Source of the DNA: an uncultured Clostridia bacterium | Lineage (GTDB): Bacteria; Bacillota; Clostridia; Christensenellales; Borkfalkiaceae | Assembly (NCBI GenBank): GCA_947597925.1 | Contig: CANQFA010000008.1 | Location: 1,449-65,448, forward strand | Direction of reading: 5' to 3' | DNA length: 64,000 nt | Part shown: positions 7,983 to 17,930 of the stretch, piece by piece | How the letters are laid out: every line of letters begins with the position of its first letter | Position numbering within the stretch: position 1 is the first letter of the stretch | Position numbers and translations under genes: made by a program | The notes under the pieces: model-generated | Database searches by the model: none | Told to the model about the DNA's origin: nothing | The model's input: only the letters and a program-made list of their open reading frames with translations

Positions 7983-9536
7983 CTATTTTTTGAAGCTCCT
8001 TAGGGCTTCTTGAGCTTTCTTATACCCCTGCTCGGCGGCCTTCGTATACCACTCTACCGCCTTCTTATAGTCCTGCGGAACACCTCGGCCAAATCTATAA
8101 CAAACTCCAAGGTTATATTGTGCTTCTGCATTTCCCTGCTCGGCGGCCTTCGTATACCACTCTACCGCTTTCTCATAGTCCTGTGGAACGCCCCGACCAA
8201 GGTCGTAACAATAGCCGAGATTACATTGTGCATCTGCATCTCCCTGCTCGGCGGCCTTCGTATACCACTCTACCGCTTTCTTATAGTCCTGCGGAACACC
8301 TTGGCCATTGCAGTAACAAACCCCGAGTGCTTCTTGCGCATCCGCAAATCCCTGTTTTGCAGCCTCTTCGAAAAGTTCTACCGCCTTCTCGAAATCTTTT
8401 GCTTTATAGTACCTCGTCCCCTCCTCGCAAAGCTTCTTGGGTGACTTGGACTGTACGGGCTTGGTCGGCTGCGTTTGTTTGGCGGGCTGTACGTGCTTGA
8501 TTGTCTCGGCAGGCTCAGTAGGGTTTGCGGGCTGCTCGGGTACGGGCTGCGGAGCGGGGTTGAGATGAAACTTGTGCCTTATGATCCGATCGAGGACATC
8601 TTCCTTTGTGCGGGCATATTGCAGCTCCGCGAAGAAACTCTCAAGTAATGGCTTTGCGCCCGATTTCGTCTTTCCGTTGTCGCTCGAAGGGCGATACTCC
8701 ACGCGGTGGATCTCCTTGCGGTGCTCGAGAAAGTAAGCGATCTCCTTCGAAAGGCCCTCACAGTCGAGGTCACGCGAGTTCCCGGTCGAGACAAATACCA
8801 CGCTTTGACAGGTCTTCATGGCGGTCTCGAGTATCCGCTGATAATTTTCCGCAGCGCCCCTGCCGTGGCGAATGTTGCGCTCCGCCACAAAGCAGCGCAA
8901 TTTTCCCTCCGCCTCTAAGTAGTCGACAAGTTCATGGACCTCCGCCATGTCCTTGCTCGAGTAGGCAATGAAGACCTCGCAAGTGAGATGGGCAGCGTAG
9001 ACGCCGTCATCGAGCTTTTTCGCCTCTTCCTCGACGCGGTTGAGGTAGGCTTCATATTCCCAGCCAATGAAGATGCCCGCCAGATGGACCCGCTCGAGAA
9101 AATTTTTCATGGAGCCCACGTTGCGCTTTTCGAGAGAGGCGATCATAAATTCGCAGACGGTCACAAGGAGGGTCTTGTCCTGTCCTGAGACGTCGGCCTT
9201 GTCGAGAAAGCGATTGACCGCGCCCTTGTCGCTGTCACAGGCCGCCTCGTAAAAATTCGCCATGAAGTCATTGGGGAAGTACTTCTTCACTTCCCACGCC
9301 GCCGCAGTCACCCGCTCGCTGCTGACATTTTCTGCGTGCGCCGCATTGTAGAGATTGCTGCGGGCATGGCGAAGCTTTTCCTGTTCCTTTGCGTCAAGAG
9401 CTTTGAGAAGAGTTTCCTGCGCATCGAGCGTATCTTGAACAAAATGCCCGCCGCAGTGGGTACAAGTATAGCCGTCGCGAGTCTTCACGAGTTTATCCCC
9501 GCCGCAGTTCGGGCAGAGCAAGAGTTTCAGGTCCAT
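7983..9536 (-). CDS. Zn-ribbon / helical linker / TIR domain / Pro-rich linker / Sel1-repeat protein
   Basis: N-terminus CPNCGG...CTHCGG. The TIR_2-like core is VFIAYSSKDMAEVHELVDYLEAEGKLRCFVAERNIRHGRG...VVFVSTGNS...LSKEIAYF (about 8711-8978). Three near-identical 36-aa Sel1 repeats sit at the C-terminus. AAGGAG SD. GC is lower than in neighbouring genes (31/60 at 8581-8640). Confidence 0.8.
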   Translation of the reverse strand: MDLKLLLCPNCGGDKLVKTRDGYTCTHCGGHFVQDTLDAQETLLKALDAKEQEKLRHARSNLYNAAHAENVSSERVTAAAWEVKKYFPNDFMANFYEAACDSDKGAVNRFLDKADVSGQDKTLLVTVCEFMIASLEKRNVGSMKNFLERVHLAGIFIGWEYEAYLNRVEEEAKKLDDGVYAAHLTCEVFIAYSSKDMAEVHELVDYLEAEGKLRCFVAERNIRHGRGAAENYQRILETAMKTCQSVVFVSTGNSRDLDCEGLSKEIAYFLEHRKEIHRVEYRPSSDNGKTKSGAKPLLESFFAELQYARTKEDVLDRIIRHKFHLNPAPQPVPEQPANPTEPAETIKHVQPAKQTQPTKPVQSKSPKKLCEEGTRYYKAKDFEKAVELFEEAAKQGFADAQEALGVCYCNGQGVPQDYKKAVEWYTKAAEQGDADAQCNLGYCYDLGRGVPQDYEKAVEWYTKAAEQGNAEAQYNLGVCYRFGRGVPQDYKKAVEWYTKAAEQGYKKAQEALRSFKK

Positions 9537-9571
9537 AGTACTTCTCCTTTACTTTTTTCTTTTCGAAAACT

Positions 9572-10861
9572 TCAGAGTTCGAGGGAGGCCCTATAGGACT
9601 CGATCTCGGTGAGGGCGCGCTCGGCGAGGAGGCGCCTTCTCTCCCTTTTGTCGCGCACGTCCTCGAAGCCGCCCGCGAGGATGCCGTAGTTCGCGTTCAT
9701 GGGCTGAAAGTCCCTGTTCGGCGCGGCGATATAGCGGGAGAGCGCGCCCAGCACGGTGGTCGCGGGAGGCACCACGGTCTCCTTTCCGAGCGCCCTCCTC
9801 AAGACATGGTACCCGCAGATGAGGCCTGAAGCCGCGCTCTCGACATAGCCCTCCACGCCCGTCATCTGCCCCGCGAAGAAGAGGTCGCGGCCGTCGCGCG
9901 AGGAAAAGTCGGCATTGAGACAGCGGGGAGAGTCGAGGAAGGTATTTCGGTGCATGACGCCGTAGCGCTCAAATTCGGCATGCCTGAGGGCGGGAATGAG
10001 GGAAAAGACGCGCTTTTGCTCGGAAAATTTCAGGTTGGTCTGGCAGCCGACGAGGCCGTAGCTCGTCCCCTCCGCATTTTCGCGGCGGAGCTGCAGCACG
10101 GCATACGGGCGGCGCCCCTGCCACTCGAGGCCGACGGGTTTGAAGGGGCCGAAGCGCAGGGTATCCGTACCCCGTGCCGCCATGACCTCGACGGGCATGC
10201 ATCCCTCGAAGACGTCCCCCTTCTCAAATTCGCGGAGCAGGGTACGCTCGGCGGAGGAGAGGGCGGCGACAAAGGCGAGATATTCCTCCTTCGTCATGGG
10301 GCAGTTGAGATAGTCGCCCGTCCCCTTTCCGTAGCGGTCGGAGGAAAAGGCCATCCCCATGTCCACGCTCGCGGCCGAAACGATAGGCGCCGAGGCATCG
10401 TAGAAGTGCAGGACGCCGAAGCGGCGGCGAATGTCCTCGGCAAGCGGATCGGAGGTGAGCGGGCCCGTCGCGACGATGCCGCTCGCGGGAAGTTTTTCCG
10501 CCTCCTCCTCGCAAATGCGGATATGGGGGTGGGTTTTTATGGCATCTGTCACAAATGCGGAAAATTTTTCCCTGTCCACGGCGAGGGCGCCGCCCGCGGG
10601 GACGCGCGCATATTCCGCCGCCTTCATCGTGAGAGAGCCGAGGCGCCGCATCTCCTCCTTCAGGAGACCGCAGGCATTGCCGTAGACATCGTCACTCTTC
10701 AGGGAATTGGAGCAGACGAGTTCGCAGAAGGCGGGGCTGCTGTGGGCGGGGGTAAATTTTTTTGGCTTCATCTCAAGAAGCACGACCGAAAGGTCGTGCT
10801 CCGCAAGAAAGTATGCTGCCTCACAGCCCGCAAGACCCGCCCCTATTACGACGACGCTCAC
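9572..10861 (-). CDS. trmFO: Methylenetetrahydrofolate--tRNA-(uracil-5-)-methyltransferase TrmFO (Gid)
   Basis: VVVIGAGLAGCEAAYFLA FAD-binding N-terminus and overall TrmFO-like sequence. Start set at the GTG at 10861, which overlaps the topA stop (GTGA). The track ATG at 10903 is an alternative. Confidence 0.9.
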   Translation of the reverse strand: MSVVVIGAGLAGCEAAYFLAEHDLSVVLLEMKPKKFTPAHSSPAFCELVCSNSLKSDDVYGNACGLLKEEMRRLGSLTMKAAEYARVPAGGALAVDREKFSAFVTDAIKTHPHIRICEEEAEKLPASGIVATGPLTSDPLAEDIRRRFGVLHFYDASAPIVSAASVDMGMAFSSDRYGKGTGDYLNCPMTKEEYLAFVAALSSAERTLLREFEKGDVFEGCMPVEVMAARGTDTLRFGPFKPVGLEWQGRRPYAVLQLRRENAEGTSYGLVGCQTNLKFSEQKRVFSLIPALRHAEFERYGVMHRNTFLDSPRCLNADFSSRDGRDLFFAGQMTGVEGYVESAASGLICGYHVLRRALGKETVVPPATTVLGALSRYIAAPNRDFQPMNANYGILAGGFEDVRDKRERRRLLAERALTEIESYRASLEL

Positions 10862-13065
10862 GACGCGCCGCCCTTTCCCGCACGGGGAGCCTTGTAGGCA
10901 CATTCTTTATTCGCACATTTCACGACGCCGCGGGGAGACTTGACGAGCGCGCCGCCGCACTTGGGGCATTTTTCGCCCGTGGGGACATCCCAGCTCATGA
11001 ACTTGCAGGCGGGGTATCCGCTGCACCCGTAGTAGGTCTTGCCCGTGCGGGTGCGGAGCTTCCGCGCGGGTTTCCCGCATTCGGGGCAGACCCCCTCGAG
11101 GATCTCCTCGGCGGGTTCCCCATAGGGAAGGGTGGACTTGCAAGTGGGATAGTCGGGGCAGGCGAGGAATTTTCCGTACCTTCCCGACTTGATGACCATC
11201 ATGCGGCCGCACTTGGGGCAAGGCGTGTCCGAGGTCTCCGCCTCGCCCTCACTCACGATATTGGAGCAGGCGGGATAGTTGGAGCAGGCGAGATACTTGC
11301 CGTATTTCCCCGTCTTGCGGACCATGGGATGCCCGCACTTTTCGCAGAGGATGTCCGTCATCTCGTCGCCGTCGGTGGAAGCGAAGTGCAGCTTCTCCTC
11401 AAAGGGAGGATAGAAGTCGGCGATGATGGCGTGCCAATCCTTTCCGCCCTCCTCGATCTCGTCGAGTTTGTCCTCCATGTCCGCCGTAAAGCCGACGTCC
11501 ATGATGTCGGTGAAGTACTTGACGAGCATGTCGGTGATGCGGTAGGCGATCTCCGTGGGCTTCATGTACTTCCCCTCTTTCTCCACATATTTACGCTTGG
11601 TAAGCACGGAGATGATGGAGGCGTACGTAGAGGGACGCCCGATGCCCTTGTCCTCCATGGCCTTGACGAGGGAGGCATCGGTATAGCGGACGGGCGGCTT
11701 GGTAAATTTCTGTTCGCCCGTGACGGAGAGCGCATTGAGCTCCTGCCCCTCGTCGAGGGCGGGCAGCAGGCCCTTATTCTCCTCCTCGTCCTCCTTGCGG
11801 AAGTCGGCATAGATGACAGTGAATCCCGCGAAGCGGAGGGCGCGGCCGCTCGACTTCAGGCCGTATTCGCCGCAGTCGATCTCGATCTGCATGGAGTCGT
11901 ACTGCGCCTCACTCATCTGCGAGGCGATGAAACGCTCATAGATGAGCTTGTAGACATTGTAGTGCTTGCGGTCGAGGAGCTTTTTGACGGACTCGGGCGT
12001 GCGCGCAAGGTCTATGGGACGGATGGCCTCGTGTGCATCCTGCGCGCCCTTCTTGGAGGCATAGAAATTGGGCTTGGCGGGGAGATATTCCTCGCCGTAT
12101 TTTTCCTTGATATAGTCCCGTGCCGCCGCCTGTGCATCGGCCGAGACGCGGGTGGAGTCGGTACGGATATAGGTCACGAACGCGACATGCCCCTCTCCTT
12201 CGAGGTCCATGCCCTCATAGAGGTGCTGTGCCATGAGCATGGTCTCGGGCGCGGTCATGCCGAGCTTATTGGAGGCATCCTGCTGTAGCGTGGAGGTCGT
12301 GAAGGGCGCAGGCGCATGCGACTTCGTGATGGACTTCTTGACCGAGGACACGAAATATTTCCCCGACTTCAGTGCGGCGAGCACTTCGTCCGCCGCCGCC
12401 TTATTCGTCACCTTGAACTTCTTTCCCTTCTTCTTTTCGAGGAGGGCGCGGAAGGAGGCAAACTCCTCTCCCGTGTCCCTCAGCTCCGCCGCGATGGTCC
12501 AGTATTCCTCGGGCACGAAGGCGGCGATCTCCCGCTCGCGCTCGACGACGAGGCGGAGGGCGACCGACTGCACGCGGCCCGCGGAGAGCCCGTTTTGGAT
12601 CTTGTTATTGAGCAGGGGCGAGAGCTTGTAGCCGACGAGGCGGTCCAAAACGCGCCGTGCCTGCTGGGCATCTACAAGATTATAGTTGAGCTTGCGGGGA
12701 TGGGCAAGCGCATGCAGGACGGCCTTCTGGGAGATCTCGTTGAACTCGATGCGGTGCTCGCCGTCCTCGGGAAGTCCCAATACGGTCTGCAGGTGCCACG
12801 AGATGGCCTCTCCCTCGCGGTCGGGGTCGGTCGCGAGATAGATCTTGCCCGCCTTTTTCGACTCCTCGAGAAGGCGGCGGATGGTCTCCTCCTTGCCCGG
12901 AGAAGTCTCGTAGCGGGGTTCGTAATTCCGCTCCACCGACACGCCCAGCTTCTTCTGGGGCAGGTCGCGGATATGACCGCCCGAAGCATCGACGCGGTAC
13001 TTTCCCTTGAGGTATCTTGCGATCGTCTTCGCCTTGCTCGGCGACTCCACAATGATGAGATCCAT
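10858..13065 (-). CDS. topA: DNA topoisomerase I with C-terminal Zn-ribbon repeats
   Basis: MDLIIVESPSKAKTIARYL (Toprim) and repeated CxxC...CxxC C-terminal fingers. Start at 13065 with an AAGGAAA SD. Confidence 0.95.
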   Translation of the reverse strand: MDLIIVESPSKAKTIARYLKGKYRVDASGGHIRDLPQKKLGVSVERNYEPRYETSPGKEETIRRLLEESKKAGKIYLATDPDREGEAISWHLQTVLGLPEDGEHRIEFNEISQKAVLHALAHPRKLNYNLVDAQQARRVLDRLVGYKLSPLLNNKIQNGLSAGRVQSVALRLVVEREREIAAFVPEEYWTIAAELRDTGEEFASFRALLEKKKGKKFKVTNKAAADEVLAALKSGKYFVSSVKKSITKSHAPAPFTTSTLQQDASNKLGMTAPETMLMAQHLYEGMDLEGEGHVAFVTYIRTDSTRVSADAQAAARDYIKEKYGEEYLPAKPNFYASKKGAQDAHEAIRPIDLARTPESVKKLLDRKHYNVYKLIYERFIASQMSEAQYDSMQIEIDCGEYGLKSSGRALRFAGFTVIYADFRKEDEEENKGLLPALDEGQELNALSVTGEQKFTKPPVRYTDASLVKAMEDKGIGRPSTYASIISVLTKRKYVEKEGKYMKPTEIAYRITDMLVKYFTDIMDVGFTADMEDKLDEIEEGGKDWHAIIADFYPPFEEKLHFASTDGDEMTDILCEKCGHPMVRKTGKYGKYLACSNYPACSNIVSEGEAETSDTPCPKCGRMMVIKSGRYGKFLACPDYPTCKSTLPYGEPAEEILEGVCPECGKPARKLRTRTGKTYYGCSGYPACKFMSWDVPTGEKCPKCGGALVKSPRGVVKCANKECAYKAPRAGKGGAS

Positions 13066-13124
13066 AGTCTGTTTCCTTATTGCCAAGTGTGTATTTTGCA
13101 GGCCTTCCAATCTGAAGAAAAGGC

Positions 13125-14198
13125 CTAAACTGCGTTGAATTTGTTTCCGCCCGCGCGCGCCGCAAGCCCCTTGATCTCGAGCGATGCAAGGACTGCGGAG
13201 ACCTCAAACACGGACATGGATGCCTTCTCCGCGATGACCGCGGTGTGCGATTCTCCGTATGTCTTCAGCACATCGAGCACGCGCGCCTCCTGCGGGGAGA
13301 GGGAGATCTGCGTCCGCTCACGGCGCTCGAGCCCGAATGCGGAGAGGATATCTTCCGCCTCCGTCACGAGGCATGCGCCCTTCTTGATGAGCTCATTGCA
13401 CCCCTCCCCGTGCACCATGGCGGGCGGATAGGGCAGGGCAAAGACCTCTCTCCCGCAGTCGAGCGCGAGGTCTGCGGTGATGAGCGCGCCGCTCCGCTTT
13501 GCCGCCGAGAGGACGAGCACGCCCTCCGAAAGCCCCGCAAGGATGCGGTTGCGCGCGTGAAATGCGTATTTTCGGATGGGCTCATCGAAGAGGGACTCCG
13601 AGAGCACGAGGCCGCTTGCGGCGATCTTTGTCTTCCATGCGGTATGGGCGGGCGGATAACATCCCTCCAGTCCGCACGGGAGCACGGAGATGAGTTTGCC
13701 TCCCGCGAGGGCGCCCGATGCGGCGGAGAGATCCCCTCCCTCGGCAAGTCCCGTCACGATCGTGAAGTACTCCGAGAGTTCCTCGGCGAGGGCGCGGCCC
13801 ATCTTCTCCGCCCACGGCGGCGTGATGCGCGACCCCACGATGCAGAACTTGCGCGTCCCCAGCAGTTCCCGCTTTCCCATGCCGAAGAGGACAAGGGGCG
13901 GGGAATTGGCATATTTGAGAGATTCGGGATAGTCCTCGTCTGCGATGGTGAGGGCGAAATATCCCCTCCTTTTCAGGCGGGAAAAGAGCTCTTCCGCCTC
14001 CCTTTGCCGCTTGGCGGGGTCACTCGCGCAAAATTCCCGTCCTACGAGGGCAAAGAGCTTTTCCGCGGGCGCGCGAAGAAGAGAGGCGGCCTCCCCATTG
14101 CGAAGCAGCAGGGTCCGCTCGCGGTACTCCGTCCGCGTGCAGGCGCACAGCCATATGAGCGCCCGTTCTTCTTCGGTGTATTCCCTCATCGCTGTCAC
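13125..14198 (-). CDS. dprA: DNA-processing protein DprA (Smf)
   Basis: IVGSR...GLAEGGD...HARNRILAGLS...SGALITADLALDCGREVFALP motifs. Confidence 0.9.
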   Translation of the reverse strand: MTAMREYTEEERALIWLCACTRTEYRERTLLLRNGEAASLLRAPAEKLFALVGREFCASDPAKRQREAEELFSRLKRRGYFALTIADEDYPESLKYANSPPLVLFGMGKRELLGTRKFCIVGSRITPPWAEKMGRALAEELSEYFTIVTGLAEGGDLSAASGALAGGKLISVLPCGLEGCYPPAHTAWKTKIAASGLVLSESLFDEPIRKYAFHARNRILAGLSEGVLVLSAAKRSGALITADLALDCGREVFALPYPPAMVHGEGCNELIKKGACLVTEAEDILSAFGLERRERTQISLSPQEARVLDVLKTYGESHTAVIAEKASMSVFEVSAVLASLEIKGLAARAGGNKFNAV

Positions 14199-15718
14199 CC
14201 GATGGCGTCGTAGATGCGGTAGGAGACGGCCTCGAATACGTGCTTGGGGAGGATCTCCTCCGAGCCGTCGAGATCGGCGATGGTCCGCGCGACCTTGATG
14301 ATGCGCGACCGTGCCCTTGCCGAGAGGTGCATGCGCTCAAAGGCATTGCGGAGGATGTCGTCCCCCTCCTTGGTGAGCGTGCAGTATTCCGCGAGTTCGG
14401 CCTCCCCCATCTCGGCATTGGAGTGGATGCCCGCGTTCTCGAAGCGGACATGCTGGATGCGCCGCACGCGGTTGACCCGCTCTTTCACCGCCGAGGAGGG
14501 TTCCTCCTTGATGTCCGACGTGAGGTCGTCGTAAGCGATGTCGTCCACCTCCACCTGCAGGTCGATGCGGTCGAGCAGGGGGCCCGAGACCTTCCTCCTG
14601 TATCTGCGGATCTCGGCGGGCGTGCAGGAGCAGGTCCGCTCGGAGGAGCCGTAGTTGCCGCAGGGGCAGGGATTCATGCTCGCGCAGAGCATGAATCTTG
14701 CGGGGAAGGTAAAGGTCCCGCCCGCGCGGGAGACGGTGATCTTGCCGTCCTCGAGGGGCTGGCGGAGCGCCTCGAGGGTGGAGCGCTTGTATTCGGGCAG
14801 CTCATCCAAAAAGAGGACGCCGCCGTGCGCGAGAGAGATCTCGCCGGGATGGACGATGCGGTTTCCGCCGCCGCACATGGAGACCGTCGTCGCCGTGTGG
14901 TGCGGGGTGCGGAAGGGACGCTCGAAGACGATGCCCTCTTCGCCGAGGACGCCTGCCACCGAGTGGATCTTGGTGATCTCGAGGGCCTCCTCGAAGGAGA
15001 GGTCGGGCATGATGGTGGGAATGCACCGCGCGAGCATGGTCTTGCCTGTGCCGGGAGGCCCAATCATGAGCAGGTTGTGTCCGCCCGCGACGGCGATCTC
15101 GAGGGCGCGCCGCGCCATGGGCTGGCCCTTCACATATTTGAGGTCGGTGGATGTGCGCGACTTGATCTGCGGGACATAGGAAAGCGTCTCGATGGGCTCG
15201 ATGGGCACATCGCCGATGAGGTGGCGCACCACGTCGCCCAGCGTCTTCGCGGGGTAGATCTCCGCACCGCCCAGAAAGCGCGCCTCCTTCTCATTTCCCG
15301 CGGGGATGATGAAGCGGTTGAAGCCATGCCCCTTGGCGGAGATGAGGATGGGCAGAAGGCCCGCGATGGGACGGAGGTCGCCGTTCAGGGCGAGTTCGCC
15401 GAGAAAGACGGTGTCGCCCATCTCCACGCCGACGAGCTGTTCGCTCGCCTTCAGCAGGCTGACTGCGACGGCGAGGTCAAAGGAGGCGCCCTCCTTCTTG
15501 ATGTCCGCAGGCGCGAAGTTGATGGTGATGCGGTTCATGGGGAACAGCAGGCCGCTGTTCTTGAGTGCGGAGCGCACGCGCTCCTTGCTCTCCTTGACCG
15601 CGGTATCGGGAAGGCCCACCATGTCGTAGGACGGGACGCCCTTATTGACATCCGTCTCCACTTCGACGGGGACCCCCTCGAGCCCGTTCAGAGCATAACA
15701 AACGATCTTAGCTATCAT
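14195..15718 (-). CDS. comM: YifB/ComM family Mg-chelatase-like AAA+ ATPase
   Basis: 507 aa. Lon-like N-terminal domain, Walker A GPPGTGKTMLA. 4-bp overlap with dprA. Confidence 0.9.
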   Translation of the reverse strand: MIAKIVCYALNGLEGVPVEVETDVNKGVPSYDMVGLPDTAVKESKERVRSALKNSGLLFPMNRITINFAPADIKKEGASFDLAVAVSLLKASEQLVGVEMGDTVFLGELALNGDLRPIAGLLPILISAKGHGFNRFIIPAGNEKEARFLGGAEIYPAKTLGDVVRHLIGDVPIEPIETLSYVPQIKSRTSTDLKYVKGQPMARRALEIAVAGGHNLLMIGPPGTGKTMLARCIPTIMPDLSFEEALEITKIHSVAGVLGEEGIVFERPFRTPHHTATTVSMCGGGNRIVHPGEISLAHGGVLFLDELPEYKRSTLEALRQPLEDGKITVSRAGGTFTFPARFMLCASMNPCPCGNYGSSERTCSCTPAEIRRYRRKVSGPLLDRIDLQVEVDDIAYDDLTSDIKEEPSSAVKERVNRVRRIQHVRFENAGIHSNAEMGEAELAEYCTLTKEGDDILRNAFERMHLSARARSRIIKVARTIADLDGSEEILPKHVFEAVSYRIYDAIG

Positions 15719-15746
15719 GACGATTCCTCCTCATGGGTAATTTCCG

Positions 15747-17807
15747 TCATCCGAGGAAGGGCACCACCGCTTGGAAGAAGGCTGCGGGCAGAGGAATGGA
15801 GAAGGTAAAGACAGCGAGCGCCGCAAAGCCGAGCACGGTGAGCACGATCCCGACGATATTGAGCACCTTCACGGCCGTCCCCGCCTTGCCCTCGTACGTC
15901 CCGCCGAAGAGGTCGGCGGCGAGGAGGAACCAGAAGAGATCGGCGAGCAGGAAGAAGACATCTCCGCTCTTTACCGCGAATGCCGTGATGATGGAGAGGA
16001 CAAATCCCGCAAGCAGGATGATGCTGCGGAGGAGCCCCTCCTTTTCTTCCTCCGACTTCTCCTTCTTCATGATGAGGAAGAAGAGACGGAAGACGGAGAG
16101 GGCGATCCCTGCGGCCCCCGCGAGGAGGGCGACGGGATGGAAGGCGATCGCGGTCATGCCGAAGACCTCTCCCGTGCCGCGGAAGACGACGCGGAAGACG
16201 GAGCGGGCACTTCCCGCCGCGAAGGCATTTTGCCCCGCAAAGCCGTTTACAAAGGTCTGCCACGCGAGGGAGAAGATATTTGCGGTCACTTCCCCCGCCA
16301 CGGGACTGTCGTATACTTTCAGATAGACGAAGTAGGCGGGCAGCATGCCGAGCACCATGAGCAGGAAGGCCCCCGCCACGAGCCCTGCGGCGAAGAAGAC
16401 GGGCGCTGCGGTATTTTTGAAGCGGTACTCGGAGAGGAATCTGCCCGCGCGAAGGCCGGGCGATTCGGGCTCTTCCTCCCCCGAAGCGCTCTCGGTGCCC
16501 GTCTCGGCCTCCTCGATGATCTCCGCAAGGAGGCGGCTTTTTTCCCTGTTCTGGCGCACCATGCCCGCGATGAAGAGTCCCACGACCCCCAGCATGGGGA
16601 TGACAAAGGCGCCCTGCACGCAGATCGCCGCACCACCCGCGAGGCCCGCGAAGAGGAGGGGCAGGACGGAGACGACAGACGCGCGGCGGAGCCCCTTTGC
16701 CTCGTAAAAACCATAGGTGAGCCAAAGGGAGAGCGCGAAGAAGAAGATGCCCACCATGAGCGGGGTCGCCATGTGGCCGTATCCCAAGGTGAGGCAGGAG
16801 GCGGCGTAGAGCACCGCAAAGACGAGGCCCGCCTTTTCACTCTTCGTGAGGCGGACGAGAAGGCGGGAGAGGAGCACGAGGGTGAGGACGGCGGCGAGCA
16901 TGGAGAAGAAGCGCGCGCCGAAGGGGCTCATGCCGAAGATGAGGGTGCCGAGGGCGACGATGTCCGTCCCGAATACCCCATAGACCCCCTCTGCCGTGTA
17001 GGTGTCGATGGGCACGCCGTTTCTGTCGGCCGCATACACGCTGCCCCGACCCATCTCGGCGATCGTCATGAGGGTATAGGCCTCATCCCGCGTATAGCGG
17101 AAGAAGGTAGACTGTGCGTCGGAGGGCATGTACTGCGCGTCGAGCAGAGCCGCCGCCCGCGCCTTTGCCTCCTCCGCCGATTCGGTGGCATAGGGCGTGG
17201 CGGATTCGATGGTCGCGGGGATGACGCGGTACTTCCCCGTCCCCTCTTCGTCCTCGTCGAGCACTTCACCCACGAAGACGACTTCGTTGAGGAGGACATT
17301 TGCGCCGTCCTTGCCGTCGAGGAAGAGCTTGGCGATGTGATAGGTATCCACCTTCCACGTCACACTCGAGAAGTCAAAGGGCGCGACATAGTTAAAGAAA
17401 GGATCGACGACGTCCTGCGCGGTGCCCGCCTGCGAGGTGAAATTTTCCACCGTGACCTTATTGCCCACGTCGTAGTAATAGGTCCCGCTCGAACTGCGCT
17501 GCAGCTTGAGGGTGACGCCCGTCCCCGCTTCGGCGTAGATGGCGGCGATATTGATGTAGACCGCGCACACACGCATGGGAAGAGCCTTGTCCCCCTCCAT
17601 GGGGTTGGTGAGGCGGAAGGCGACGCCGGGGGTCTCGTCCCCTTCGTCATCCGTCCTCTCGGCGCGGAGCTCATATGCCTTGCCCACGGGCGTCACGCTG
17701 CCGAGCGTGCCGAAGCCCACCGCGGCAAAGGCGAGGACGACGATGAGGAAGGCGAGGAAGAAGCCGTGCAATCGATTTTGAGGTCGTGTGTTCTTCATGA
17801 AGTTCAT
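15747..17807 (-). CDS. Large polytopic membrane protein with an N-terminal extracytoplasmic domain; possibly GT-C/PMT-like glycosyltransferase
   Basis: 686 aa. One N-terminal TM segment, an extracytoplasmic domain of roughly 230 aa, then at least 10 hydrophobic segments. An RDEAY motif precedes the TM bundle (reminiscent of the GT-C DE motif). The function is a guess. Confidence 0.6.
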   Translation of the reverse strand: MNFMKNTRPQNRLHGFFLAFLIVVLAFAAVGFGTLGSVTPVGKAYELRAERTDDEGDETPGVAFRLTNPMEGDKALPMRVCAVYINIAAIYAEAGTGVTLKLQRSSSGTYYYDVGNKVTVENFTSQAGTAQDVVDPFFNYVAPFDFSSVTWKVDTYHIAKLFLDGKDGANVLLNEVVFVGEVLDEDEEGTGKYRVIPATIESATPYATESAEEAKARAAALLDAQYMPSDAQSTFFRYTRDEAYTLMTIAEMGRGSVYAADRNGVPIDTYTAEGVYGVFGTDIVALGTLIFGMSPFGARFFSMLAAVLTLVLLSRLLVRLTKSEKAGLVFAVLYAASCLTLGYGHMATPLMVGIFFFALSLWLTYGFYEAKGLRRASVVSVLPLLFAGLAGGAAICVQGAFVIPMLGVVGLFIAGMVRQNREKSRLLAEIIEEAETGTESASGEEEPESPGLRAGRFLSEYRFKNTAAPVFFAAGLVAGAFLLMVLGMLPAYFVYLKVYDSPVAGEVTANIFSLAWQTFVNGFAGQNAFAAGSARSVFRVVFRGTGEVFGMTAIAFHPVALLAGAAGIALSVFRLFFLIMKKEKSEEEKEGLLRSIILLAGFVLSIITAFAVKSGDVFFLLADLFWFLLAADLFGGTYEGKAGTAVKVLNIVGIVLTVLGFAALAVFTFSIPLPAAFFQAVVPFLG

Positions 17808-17930
17808 TCCCTATTATATTGATATCACCATTCTAACCGATTATCTCGGAAATGTAAACAAATTTTTTGCCGTTTTCGGGAAAAAATTCTCGTTTGTCCG
17901 ATTTTTTCCGAAAATGACCGAAAGAGGCAG

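Noticed and set aside
15771-17822. 683-aa plus-strand ORF
   Set aside because: It is antisense to the polytopic membrane protein. Its E/G/R/D/H-rich composition is not protein-like.
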